From Iphione sp. A-MEVVRFRX5 (taxonomy: Eukaryota): a stretch of DNA of 64,000 nt. Where the stretch lies: contig OZ320313.1 in NCBI GenBank assembly GCA_976226885.1, forward strand, positions 47,492,001 through 47,556,000, given 5' to 3'. A program made the translations under genes and the position numbers. The notes under the pieces are model-generated. The model ran no database searches and was not told the DNA's origin. It saw only the letters and a program-made list of their open reading frames with translations. Shown here piece after piece: positions 50,606 through 63,500 of the stretch (the stretch's first letter is position 1; every line of letters begins with the position of its first letter).

Positions 50606-51170
50606 GTAAGTGCCCTGTGCTTCATTTTTGTATGTAAGCAAAATCATTGAACAGTTGAATCACGGAATTAAACTATATATTTTTCGGGTATTGATTATAA
50701 TACTATAAATGCTATAACTTACATGAAAAAATAATCCCAACAATAGTCGTCTAAAATGCCAGTTTGAACAATCAATCGTATCCAGTTGTCCTTTTTTAGA
50801 ATGTTGGTTCGTCTTAATTCTAATGCTGTGTCTGATGTATAGTAGTAGTCAAAATATCTTTACTTTCGATTGTCCTTGATTCTTTCACCAGACAAAGTTA
50901 AAAGCTTCTTCAAGACGTCGACTGTAGGAGGAAACGCTAATGTGAGCAAATGACGTATTCATTCGTGTATGCAAAAACACCAAGTATATTTGGAACTCAG
51001 AATGAATTATTGCACTCTATTGGTAGGAAATTGCTGAGACCTTTTGAACGATACTATGGAAAGAACCCTGACTCAGCAATACTTATTGCATTTACATTTC
51101 TGGCATTAGTTGTTTATCAAAAATCACTTATATACATATTTATATAGATTTGGGATGTAAGTGTCCAAAG

Positions 51171-51547
51171 CCGAAGCGCAGGGGATACTGAATATCTTTC
51201 TTGAACATTCCATCCAGAATCAAGCTAATGCCCCAGGGACAGAATTAAACCACCTTCACCAGCAGCGGTCTGTTTCCAACGGCAACTATCGGGCAGTAGC
51301 CCAGGCGGAGCGATCACGACCTGACGGCAGGAACCAGACCAATCAGGACGAAAGCAGATGCTGTGGCTTTCTGTTCCATGTACTGGATGAGTGTGGCTTC
51401 AGGACTTACTATTCCATCCGTGTACTTCGTCTTCTGGCAGGCCTCCAGTTGGCTTGTGGTATGATTATGATCGGCCTCCAGACACTCGCTGTGATGAAGG
51501 GGCTGGCACTAAGCAAAGCGTTCTCCGGCATTTGGTGTGGTTGCGTG
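51171..51547 (+). CDS. MS4A/CD20-like tetraspan protein, exon with N-terminus, TM1 and start of TM2
   Basis: LAGLQLACGMIMIGLQ...FSGIWCGCV matches the CD20-family LGxxQIxxG...GxxxWxG pattern. Donor GTG|gtaaga in phase 0. The 5' boundary is uncertain. Confidence 0.8.
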
Positions 51548-52104
51548 GTAAGAGCCTCACAAAAGTGAGCCCTACATTGTTATTTCAATATGGTTCTATA
51601 AAACGGAAGGACGATATAGACACTGATAAGTTAACCTTCTGTAACTGGAGCTCCCAAATTTGATACCTCTTGATGATTTCCCAGCACACAGTAATATTGG
51701 GCCGCTTTTAACCGTGCACCCTAAATCTTTTTATCTGACGTCAACAGAGATGGTGGGAAGCAGGTGAAGCATGTGATTCATCATCTCTATTAAGATTCGC
51801 TATTACAGTTAAGGTATACATTATATTTCATCATCAGAACAGCCTATTATCCGCGGCCTCGGTGATGGGGTCAATTTTAGCACCAAACCTAGAAGCTCTG
51901 CTCAAAGGGTTGGACGAACGGGAATCAGGGGACTATTAGCTAAAGCCTCGTATATGTGTCACCGAAGCTGAGGACTCAACGCTTTGAAACGATCCAAAGT
52001 TTGAATCCTCATAGTCAAAGAACAGGTAGTGATCTACTATATATACACATATACATATATAAACAGATTTACACGTCTTTTAACTTTTTTTGTTAATCTT
52101 TCAG

Positions 52105-52164
52105 ATTATTATGACTTCAATCCTTGGATTTGTAACAGCGCATAAAGACAGAAACTGGAACTGG
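52105..52164 (+). CDS. MS4A-like exon (IIMTSILGFVTAHKDRNWNW)
   Basis: tttcag| acceptor, |gtaaga donor, 60 nt, phase 0-0. Matches the family FIISGxLxI segment. Confidence 0.85.
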
Positions 52165-52390
52165 GTAAGATAGTTTTAACGATTTTTGGAAATGGGTAAG
52201 GCATTGGAAAGTGTGGGGGTTGACAGATGGTAACATTTTGAACGCAAGAATTTACGGTTGGCCAACACTTCCTGAATGGGGGTCTGTTTCACCCAGAGTC
52301 ATCCAGATATGGAGATCATTTGGGTATGGAAGAAAGCCCTCTCACACCATCTAGCAGGGAAAATTTGCAAAATAGTAAAGTATGCATACA

Positions 52391-52615
52391 TTCTCTGATG
52401 TCATCAGGCCCTAATTCGCTGCTAAACCTTTATTATTTCAGTAATTATCACACTCGATATACCCTCGGTCATTCTCCCTGATGGCCTCAGGCAGCAATCC
52501 AATGATAAACCTTTGTTATTTTAGTCATTGTCACACTTGATACACCCTCACTCGTTCTCTCTGATGTCCTGAGGCCCTAATCCAATGATAATCCTTTGTT
52601 ATTTCAATGTTTATC
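52391..52615. repeat. 83-bp degenerate tandem repeat, about 2.7 copies (intronic)
   Basis: CTGATG anchors at 52395, 52478 and 52561. Confidence 0.8.
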
Positions 52616-53039
52616 AGGCATGGAACACTCTCATTTGTCAATTATATGAAAACAGAGTATTGAATTACTTTGGTGGATTATAATATCAAGCGTTCAGGTT
52701 GAAACATATGGAAACAGAGTATTAATTGATAATATAAAAGGTTGGTTGCATGTCTGGACATTCAGATATGAAGATCATTCAGATACGGAGTGTTCGGAAA
52801 GAGCGGGCTGACTGTACTGTTTGAATAAATGCTTTACATTCACTATTTATTCTGTATCTGACCTGTTATTATGTAAACCAATGCAGCAGTTGTAACTTTC
52901 AACCACTCTTTCCAACAATAAGTTCGTTCCTAAAAGTAAAATAATGTAGTGTGCGCATGTAATAAGAGCGTATAGTGCTAGAAGGATGGTTGGTCCGTGA
53001 GAACGGTCTGTGACGGAATCCGCGATCCGGGATAGGGTG

Positions 53040-53155
53040 CAGTCCGTGACGACTTCCGGACTGGTAGAGATATTGCGTAATAGAGGTACCTCACAGATTG
53101 TGATACTGCGTAGTAGGGGTACCTCGCGGATTGTTTATTTACTGCGCATAAGCAG
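53040..53155. repeat. About 33-bp degenerate tandem repeat
   Basis: TGCGTAATAGAGGTACCTCACAGATTGT / TGCGTAGTAGGGGTACCTCGCGGATTGT. Confidence 0.7.
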
Positions 53156-53429
53156 ACGTCTAGACATCCTATTTTTAGCAACTCTTATGTAACACTGTCA
53201 TATATAAACCCATGTTTTCTGGAATAAACAGACCCTTTCTCTTTGCACGCTGGAGAGAGACCATTCCATGCACAACAATTTAGTGTATTTTGGAGTGAAA
53301 CTGATATTCTACTTTTTCTCAAGATTATTTTACTCAATCCGTTGACTTCTCATTTCTCTCTACGCTAGTCACGTTACATTTATATTCAGATTGACACCTA
53401 TATCTTTACTTATTTTTTTATCCTTGCAG

Positions 53430-53585
53430 CTTAGAGGGTTTCGTCTTATGTCACTTGTTTGTATCCTTTTCGCTCTTGGACCTTTAATCAGTGCAATCCT
53501 AGATATGATAACAACCTGCTGGCCAAAGCTACTTCCAGATATTGTCCAGAAACTTGGAGGCTTGCGAATTTTACCAACCTGTCGT
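53430..53585 (+). CDS. MS4A-like exon with TM3 and extracellular loop
   Basis: tttttatccttgcag| acceptor, |gtaagt donor, 156 nt, phase 0-0. Reads LRGFRLMSLVCILFALGPLISAILD. Confidence 0.85.
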
Positions 53586-53840
53586 GTAAGTACCAGTACC
53601 CATAGACATGATTAATATCTGCACACTTAGATTCTTGTAATATCATTCTGAATATAGAGAATAAATTGGTAATTCCATCATGAACATTTATCGTAAAAAG
53701 CAACACCAATAATAGATCGTCATAGGGCCAATTCGGTAAGCTGAAGCAGTTTTCTACGTGTTTGAGGAAAAGTTACAGCCACAGATGAGAACTGTTTGTG
53801 AGCACACATCACTTTCAGTCCTTAGTAGGAAGAACATTTA

Positions 53841-55563
53841 GGCCAAAAAAATAAGTGTGTTTCTGGTTACATTTAGCCAAAAACCTAGGTAGGGAAGGGA
53901 ATCTTTTTTTTATTTTTTTTACATTTCTCTTCTAGTTTTGAACAATAATAAGGACAATATGGAAAAGCCCTGGGTTGGTTTCATCACTACATGCCTTGTA
54001 CATAGGGTACACATACTAACATTTCTCAAAATAGATTTGCTCCTTTCTGCACCTGAGCCAGCACAGTAGTAGTATCATACCAGCCAATGGAAGAGCCATC
54101 ACATGAGGTAACCATGTGGCCCTAACAGGCCATCTTTATAAGATAAGCTAAAATATCACTTGCACTCTATACAAATAATTCACATTGCTTTGCTAAATTT
54201 TAATATTTAAAGTCTATTATTTTGGTATTGGCCTTGCATATTTCCCTCCTCTTCTATCTTTCACCTAAATGGTGAATTTCCTTAGATACATGTTTCGCTG
54301 GCCAGTACTCTGTATTTTGTGAAACTATGGATCATACCAGGACTGTTTCCTTATACATGTACTGTGTAGTGTGTACAGTACATACACTTGAGTGTCTACC
54401 TCCGACCAGTGGTTGGGGCTGACCTCAAATGGTCAGAATATCAAGTTTGGTCAAAAATCAATTGGATAGGTGGTCAATCTTAGAATCAATATGTATAGAT
54501 GAATACTCAATAATATGTATGGAAAACGGCTGTGTTAATGAATAAATTTCTACATATCACAGGGCCCCTCCAAATATTGGCAAAACTCAACCAAATTAAT
54601 CTAAAAGTCGGCAAAACTCAGCCAAACTCGTCCAAAGATCAACAAAAAGAGAGGGGGAGCCATGACCAACACCTGGGGGTGGCACGAACTATTCAATGAG
54701 TAGCTTAACCCTTTGATACATTAACTGGTGGAAGGGAGTGGTGACAAACACCTGGAGGAGGTGCGAACTCTTCAATGGGTAGCTATCCCTTTGATACATT
54801 ATGAACTGGTGCAAGGGAGGGGAGCGGCAGCCGTGGGCCGGTCAGAAATCAATAGAAAAATAAACTAGATTTGATCTTTTATCAATTGGTCATAGGCTCA
54901 AAATTGCCACAAACCAATCTGGTCACTAATTGATAACCTATCATATTGATTTTGTATAGGCAAACCTTTGGTTCCCAGCTCAACTGCTGGCATTGGCCCA
55001 TTGGGTCGGAAATCGATGAGGTCACAAATAGGGACTTGACTGTATAGCATGTTTTCATGTGTAACTATGTTTTTGAATTGGAAGGTTCCCATTTTTCATG
55101 GCCATGTATAGATGTTTTGTATAGCAGTACAGGAGAAGTGGGATTGAAATGACCTTGTTAGCTATGTTTCATATTAAAAAGCAAGATATTTCCTCACAAC
55201 TGTTCCAGGGTTTCACCATTTTTCTGTAATATTTGCATGATTTCACTGTTTTTCAGTAAAAATTGCAGGAGTTTTGTCATTTTCTACCCAAATGGGCATG
55301 AACTTTGTTTATTTCTTGCCCACTTTAGATTCACTATTCCTCTATTTTTTTTACCACTTTGTATGAACTTTTCAGGATGATTTTGTTGAAGTTGCATCAA
55401 TTTTGTTGTTTTTCTATTAAATTTACCAAAATACACACTGTGAAAAAATGCATCTAAGGAAATTCAGCCTTGGGAACTCTTTGAGGCCAAAACATTTTTA
55501 GGTAGGGAGAGGTTTTACTAGGTAGGGGTGGGTAACCAGAAACATGCCTATTTTTAGGGGGCC
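53841..55563. mobile_element. Degenerate Harbinger-like element in an MS4A intron
   Basis: The left end GGCCAAAAAAATAAGTGTGTTTCTGGTTAC resembles the inverse of the right end GTAACCAGAAACATGCCTATTTTT...GGCC. Flanks TTA/TAG are not identical. Contains a roughly 79-bp duplication at 54655-54830. Confidence 0.5.
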
Positions 55564-55772
55564 TAGTCCATGTGAATGACTTGCTCTTTAGCACTTAGAG
55601 ATTAAATCAAAGCCAGTATCTTTTCTTATTCAAAATTTTCTTCTTATTCCTGTTTTTCTCCATCCACAGTCCATCCCAACTGGACTGTTCCACTCTGTTG
55701 AAATGGGGATAGCCAACCGTATTCAGCCCAGTTTTACTCATCAGAACTTGTTCTTCTTCCTTCCTTTCTCAG

Positions 55773-55883
55773 TTGGTGGAGAGCATTGACGGCCCAATGA
55801 TAGCAATTAGTATAGCAGAAGCTGGTTTCGCCTACATCTCTGCCAAGGTCACATGCTGCTGCTGCATACCATGCCTATGCTAA
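55773..55883 (+). CDS. MS4A-like terminal exon (TM4, Cys-rich C-terminus)
   Basis: Long pyrimidine tract plus ag| in phase 0. Reads LVESIDGPMIAISIAEAGFAYISAKVTCCCCIPCLC*, where IAE corresponds to the family TM4 xxE motif. Confidence 0.85.
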   Translation: MVESIDGPMIAISIAEAGFAYISAKVTCCCCIPCLC

Positions 55884-57139
55884 CCGGGAACACTCTGTTC
55901 GCTAGAATTGCTCATGTTATGCAGGATATTTGTAATATATAAACTCAGTTCTTTATAATTTCTATATTGATACACAAGTAGTGCCTTCTGCAATAATGGA
56001 GCTGATTCTATTCTGTGGGTGTGCAAAGGCCACTCAATAAGGGATGTGCTGCATTTTCAAATGTACTGCACAGTCAGGGCCTCATCTACTGTTTCTCTGG
56101 ATTTCAGTTTCCATTTTTCTAAAGGCATAGCAAAAAGATCTGGTGTAGTAACAATGAACCGGTATAGTCTGGATATTTATATGTGTGTGCACAGTTTCAG
56201 CTTGAAATAGTACAGCACTTAGCCATACAATTTGCTCGTCTGTGATATGATTCCTATCGTTCAATATGTTCATAGACATGACATGTAGACACTATCTACA
56301 CGCATGACAAGTGGAAGTGGTGAAAGTGCTGGCCAAAATCTCTGAATGCACCTTTAGACTTATCTAAATTATGTAATATACACATGTACAGTCTATTGCT
56401 GGTTTGCAACCACCCCTCTATTTAAAGCTCAAGTGGTCACATTTGTGGTTGCGGTTACATAACAGTCTGAGCTCAAATATCACAGGATTGCATCATCAGA
56501 TTATATCTTATCATGAGTTTTGCCATTTTTCAGTTGGATCTGCATGAATTATACCATTTTTTGGATGAATTTCCATGAGTTTTGCTGATTTTGCAGCCAA
56601 AATTACATGAATTTGACCATTTTTTAGCATTAAATATAGTGTCAAAACCCCCACAAAGGTGCGAAACATCATGGTCACACCTCTGTACCTAGACAATGAA
56701 TATTCTTTCAACTCCCTGAGCTTGGACTTCTGATGTGTCACTTTCATATCTCTCCCCACTAATTTACACTGAAATCCAATAGAAACATGTGTGGTGACAG
56801 GCTGATTTGGCTGCAAAACAGTCTGCCTGAATAGCAATATCTTGTTAAACATGTTAACAGCAAAAATAATTCCATTCCAAGCTCAAGCGGTCATATTCAA
56901 GGTTTTGGTCACTAAATGGTATGCTCGTAAATTAACATTTGACTCTAACTAGCTTCGCTTTTAATATAGTTTATTGTTCGATATCTTGTATTTTTTCTGC
57001 TCATATGTACATTGAAGATTTAAGGGAAGATTAACTCTTAACTTAATTATGTTACTCTCTATTATTGACGTGAGATGAACGTCAAGAATGAAAGTTCACT
57101 AGTTTATGCCAACAATAAACCGTGCTGCAAAAAAACAAT

Positions 57140-57795
57140 AGCTGGGTAAATGGGGATTTCTTGGATTTAGTTAGAGAAAAACACTGAGCAGTAAATATTT
57201 TCTGACAGACAGGAAGGCTGGAAGATAAACTCAAAGCTAAACTGGTGGTGTACCTTGTCAAGAAAATGGCTACTTCGCTGAGGTAGCGACATTATTGCAT
57301 TGCATTTTTTAGCAGCATAGGAGCTACAATCAGCTGACAGTTTACTGGCAATTCCATCGAAGCACCTGAAATCTATTTTCTTACTTGTACAGAGATTCTA
57401 GATATTATGAACTGTTTGCTTGGAAATGAATTCTATACCTGCAAGTTTGAAGTTAGCTAAAGTGACACCGTTAATTATATCTGGAAGTAAAGGTTCTTAT
57501 GAATTATAGATCTATTAGTCAGCTGTCCAATTCAGGTAAAAAGCTATAATACAATAGAATTTTCTCCTATCTGGAGGATAATAAGTTACTGACTGATTAT
57601 CAATTTGGTTAATAGAAGGACTGATGATGCTGTGTATGCTTTGACCAATACTGTATGTAAATCTATGACTATGAGCCTTTTGACTCAGGTTTTCATGCAA
57701 TCATTTTGAAGAAGTTGCTGTACCTGGGTTTGACTGAAATTGTTCCATGAGTTAAATGCCATTTGACCAATACAAAACAACAGGTTACGGTAAAA
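57140..57795 (+). mobile_element. Degenerate CR1/L2-type LINE RT fragment
   Basis: WVNGDFLDLVRE (PWIT-like), IPASLKLAKVTPL, YRSISQL and HAIILKKLLYLG...HLTNTKQQVTV, with stops and frameshifts. Confidence 0.7.
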
Positions 57796-58319
57796 TAACG
57801 TCACTTAATGCAAATCGTGGTAAAATGACGTTATTTTACCGTGACTTGTGGCAAAAATGTTCCTAAAAAGTCATGCTATGGCTCAGTTTCTTCCTTGGGT
57901 CATTTGAGCTATAGCATGGGAACATTATGAAGGATATTCAGTGGCCCTTTTGGGCACAAACTTGCAGAAAAATGATGTTGTTTACAAACAAAGTGGCAGT
58001 CTTCAACTTGATCCTGTCAACAAATGTTCATAGGGCCACATACTCCTTCATAATGGTCCTAAAGAGACATACTATGAGCTATTTTTTTCCTTAGACCATT
58101 AGCTTTGATATATATGCTTCATTAAAATTGGACAATTAAAAGTGATGGTTTCAGTCTTGTGTATCACTGAGTGAGGGGACATGGTACATTTGAGCCCAGC
58201 TTATCACTAACCCAGTCAGAGGGACTACCTAAACTTGGGTTAAACCACAGCTTAGTCAATCACAGGATTAACTTTAATCTTATGTGCTAACATCCAGCCA
58301 TAAGAGTCATTTAAGAATA

Positions 58320-59287
58320 CAATCGAACCTCGTCAACCAGAGACTTGACAACCGAACTACCACATTAACCATATGCTTTGGTTGTACTACTATAACTTGT
58401 ACTAGAGTTAAAACCCTATTTTCAACCATCACTTCAGCCCAAGTTCAAATGGTTAGAATAGCGAGAATGGTTAGAAATCGATCTTTACACAGTTCCCATT
58501 TAGTGCTAAATTTCACAAGTAAAAGTCCAAAAAGTGCTGAATTGGACAAGTAGAAGTGCAAAAAGTGCTAAAATTGACGAGTATTCAGGTTTAAAAGTGC
58601 ATACTAACAACTGTGGTGTCACCTCGTAGGTCCCTTTCACACTTCTGTCATTTTAGTTGGAAATCAATAATCAAACACAGTAGAAATGACGCTAGGGTGG
58701 ACGGTCAGAAGCTGAGATTGATGGAAAATTGATTTGGTCAATCCGTTTGTATATTGATTTACTTTAGGAAGTATTTCCGTTCCAATCTCAAGCAGTCTTA
58801 CTAGCAAATTTGGTTGGAAATCGATGTAGTTGGAAATAGGGTTTCAACTACATTTAACCGGATGTTCATTTTCTGTAAGCAAACTGTATTTTCCAAATTT
58901 TAGAGATAAATATAATCGAATTAATGTTGTTTTAACTGGATTTAATGTGTCAGAGCAGGAGCAACTATCACATATACATGTGCGATTGAGGCCACAACCC
59001 TTAAACAGTAGAAACAATAAAGGTCATCAATGTGGAGGGGAGGGATTCTCTTTCATATTGCCACTAGAGCAAAAGAAACATTAATTCTACTAACAGAGCT
59101 GTGTGAATGCATAGAACATGTCTGGTTCAATTAAAACAACATTAATTCTACTCTAAATTATGTATACTTTACTATCATGCAAGTTTTCCCCACTAGATGT
59201 ATGTTTGCTTAGTTCAACAACTGGGTTATTTGGTATCTGGACAAATTTGGCAGGAATTTCAGTTGTCCGGTTGATAAGGTTCAACTG
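58320..59287. mobile_element. TA-flanked pogo/Tigger-type MITE with 31-bp minisatellite remnant
   Basis: TA-CAATCGAACCTCGTCAACCAGA versus the inverse of TCCGGTTGATAAGGTTCAACTG-TA. Internal AAGTCCAAAAAGTGCTGAATTGGAC at about 58522. Confidence 0.7.
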
Positions 59288-60350
59288 TACGTTTTGGGTT
59301 TGTCAGTGGACCCTCGAGTACAGACCACATCATTGAGAATCTAGACCGTGGGAGAGACCAGATTTTCATAGAATCAACGAGAGTCCTGTACATGTCCTAT
59401 GTAAGAGACCAGCTCACAGAGGCCGCTAGACCAACAAAAGGCCACCAAAAAGGAGACCCAATAACTATATAGGAGACCGCAAAGACAGCGAAATGGAGAT
59501 GACAGATCCTTGAGAGAGAGGGAGAGAGAGAAAAAAAAAGATAAAGAGGGACACACACATACACACACATCACAATTGCCCAGTTGTTATCAGGGGTGAC
59601 CAGATTGCAGGGTTAACCTCATTCCTCCAGTACCCCCGGCTGGTCGCATGTGCAGATGGTTACCCTAGTATCTTGTCATACTCATGTCACATACAGTCAT
59701 GATCCATTAACCAAACACCACCCGTTTTGCACATATTTTTTCCACATACTGGATAATCGAGTTGTCAAACCAAGCACATTCGCACCTCCTGTTTGGGATA
59801 TTGCATAATAGTAAAATATACATAATTTTTACATGTCATCTGTGCCTGTACATCTCTGATAGTCACTCTGATGTTACACAGTAGTAAAGAAAATGTAATT
59901 TATATGTGTTCTCACAGTATTATGAAAGAGTATCCCTCCCCTCCACATTGATGGCCTGTGTTGTTTATATTGTTAAGAGTTTGAGGTGCACATTTAGCAT
60001 GTATACATAATAGTCAATCTGACGTCAACCCCCTTTGTTATCCTTTGCATGTGCCACATCTGGTTCAAGATCATTATTTCCATTATAAATTAGCTAATAA
60101 TAAAAAAATACAGTCCAGTCATGGTTCAAAATGTCCAGTTAAACAGTACAAAATATAGTGAATATATCTCGGTTACTCGATTCACATACAGTTAATATGG
60201 TTTTCTGTTGGTTGAGTCCCTGGATGGCGAGGTTCGACTTTACTTTTCAAATCAGAACTTACGACTCACTACAGTAATTATTTTAAAGGCATAGTGACAG
60301 AAGCGGCACCCATATTATTGGAGAGAAATCAATAAACTGTACAATATATA

Positions 60351-60529
60351 CAGTCGAAACTCTATTTGCGCGCCACAACTTGGTACCAAGCTCAAGTGGT
60401 CATAATGAAGAATTTGGTTGTAAATAGTTGATTGTTTATATAGAAATCTATACTTTAGTCCCCACCTGAAATGGTTGTAATAGCAAGAATGGTCGGAAAT
60501 CGATACGGTCGCAGATAGGGACTCCACTG
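60351..60529. mobile_element. Short degenerate pogo-type MITE related to 58320-59287
   Basis: TA-CAGTCGAAACTCTAT versus the inverse of ATAGGGACTCCACTG. It shares AAATGGTT..AATAGC.AGAATGGT..GAAATCGAT with 58447-58482. Confidence 0.5.
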
Positions 60530-63500
60530 CAATGATATTAATAGACTTACTTAACCATCAATAAAGGCGTTCCCAAGAACAGTAAAGGTCAGAGAAACTT
60601 TACATTCAATGTTACCTACATGACAGCTACATATTTCGGAGCCTCATGGTTGAGGTAAGTACACATATTGATTCATTATATACCCATAGAATGCCACTAA
60701 AAACGTATACCTTACTTCCTGTAGATGCCTGTAGTATTCAGTTTCCTCTAGGAGGTGAGTTTAGGGCCTGACTTTGCGGAAAGGTTTAAACACAATGTAC
60801 CACAACTACGAAGCAACTCAGCCTGTGGACAACTGTGGGGCACACGTGAATAACTACACATTTCCTGTGGCAGTTGCTGATTAATCCCCCACATTTGGAG
60901 GTGATTTCGTTTTTCCTGCAGTCTTTCAAGTTAGGGGTTCCCCAATGATCTTACACGCCCTGCAGTCTTTTCTGATGTTCCATGGGGTCTGGTCTTTAAC
61001 CTGAGGTCCATTGTATTAGCCATGTCTTGAGGAAGGACAAAGAATCTCCCCAGATTTCTTTCTCATAAGTATTCATTTTGATCATTTCTTTTGTGTCTCA
61101 GTGTCTTTTAAATCATGTGTTCAAGTGCTTCATCAACATAAGTGCATGTACATGGAATTTCCATTAAGTCAGTGGTGGGTCTATCCTCACATGATGGGTC
61201 CATTGGAATACTAAGAAAGCTTATTGACAGCTGAATGACAATCATTTAATGTAAACATTTGACTGATAATGCTAAACCCATACATTATATGTAATTAATT
61301 TGACATGAGACCATGACACTAGAGATAATTCTGTGACAAGTATTTTTACTGTGACAAGGATACAGTAATTATTTAATAGGTTTATGATAATCTTCTTGTC
61401 AAAAGAAGTCAATAAGGCCATGCAAAACTAGAGACAATCTTATGACTAGTTTATAATTATGGAAATTCTACAATAGTCATATCATACAGTTTTTAGAACG
61501 TCCTTGTCGAAGGCTTTTATTATTAATTCTAAAATCATACATTGTTACAAGACCCAGGACATGTTTATCTTTTCACTGTGAGTCTATGCTGCCCCGGAAT
61601 CGCCTTGGTGATACTGATGTCCGCACGCAACAAAGTTAAGAGGTACTGTCGAAAAAAATACTTATCAAAATAACCCCTCTGGTTCTCACACTCTCCGAAC
61701 CGCATATGATCAAAACAGCTATGCAAACATTTGGCAGTACTAAGATTATCCCGAGAAAACAAAATTTCAGATGGGAAATACTGCAAAAACTCAAATCTCT
61801 TCAAACACTAACGCCTGATGTCTCGTATTAACGTATACCTGGCCATAGATGGACAATCATTTCCTAAATATTCATGATTAGGGTGATGTACCAGTTTTAT
61901 AAAGACGTGTCATATCGCACAAACCCCTATGACTAGCACATGTATATATATACGCATCCTCTACCATATGTATGTGACGGAGTTCTAAAGAGCCTTCAAC
62001 CCAAACTGTTGCATGTTCTCGCTTTTGGCGAGGAAATTATCTGCTTCCAGCGGTTGTTGCAAAATAGGGTACAAAATGGATATCATAGGTATGCATTTAA
62101 GGCATTTAACTTGCTCATCTTGAAAATAAAGGTACGGAGGTTTCTACTCACCCAGGCTGAAACTACCTGGGACACTCTAGTGTCTAGTTACGGGGGGCAA
62201 CTATTTTGGTGAAGCGTTATTGGCCATTTCAATTCACCGCTGACCGTTATTTGCATCCCTCTAAATAGGTGCGAAGTACTAATCGGCAATTACTTGTTAA
62301 GTGCTACCCAATAATCGATTCTTGGTAAAGTGTTATGTGCTTGTTCTTGTTCTTTGGTGAAGCGTTATGAGTAATTTGAATTATTGGTGAAGCGTTATCA
62401 AGTATGCCCTGACCCCCTGTTTAGTTACTTCGATCTTTGGTTAGGTCGGTGTGTGGCCATGTGGGTCCTTTATCACTTAATCAGATCAGGCTGCTGGGGC
62501 TGACGGAAGCGGTTGGGATGACCGGTCTGCAAGCAGAAGAGCTTCGGTATGTTTGTCTATTCGGAGCAGTTAGTTCGGATTTTTCATTTTGAAAGTTTGA
62601 TCTCACTTGGTAAGTTTTGTTGGAATTTTGTTCGCCTGGATGTATACCTTAGTAACACACTCGGACAAATCCCCCCTCCTATATGTTAGGAAATACATGT
62701 AACATTTCCTGACATGCTGTAGTGATCGAGAGGTATGAAAGTCCCCCAGTTATAGAGGAGTACCTTGATATTGCACGATAGGCTTTACAGACAGGCGATG
62801 CTTTATACGTTTTCTCCTTCTCTTTTAGACCCAAAATTCTAATTTACATTAATAATATTTCCTCATTCATGAAATTGCTTCAGAACGTGTATCTTAGACT
62901 GCTGAAATGGGCTGCCTATTTTTCTTAGTGTCTTATATATGTTAAATACTGCTTTGTGTTATTATGTCGCCCAAATTAGCGTTTACGATCATGCGACGGC
63001 CGAAATGTGTCGTTCTCATGCCAACAATCCTCCATTTGTGTTTGGTTCACCAGCGTTGCACTTACAGTAGCATGTGTGCGTCTAACATTCCTCAAAACAA
63101 GATGGAATTGTTCACTCTCGTAGCCACTCTTCGAAGTGTAAATTACCACATTCACGACCTGCACCTGAGATAACAGATTATAGAAATAGCACGTAGACCC
63201 TACAATGCTCCCTATGATTAAATTATTTTGATATTCATCACCAAATCAGTGAGTAATTATTGCATTGTTCTACATCTGTAGACGGCCAGTACCTAAAAAG
63301 CAATAGTTCATTTTCGCCTGATTATTCTACTTTGCTTTGCTGATTTGTATCACTAGCTCAAATAATCGGCCGCCTGATAATCCCAGCTTTTGTTCTTGGC
63401 CTAGATCCATCTGGGTCAACGATACTAGAATCCAAGGTCAAACCAGTAGACATACATGGCAGTTGATTGTATACTTGAAATTGCTGGATGGGAAACTGAG

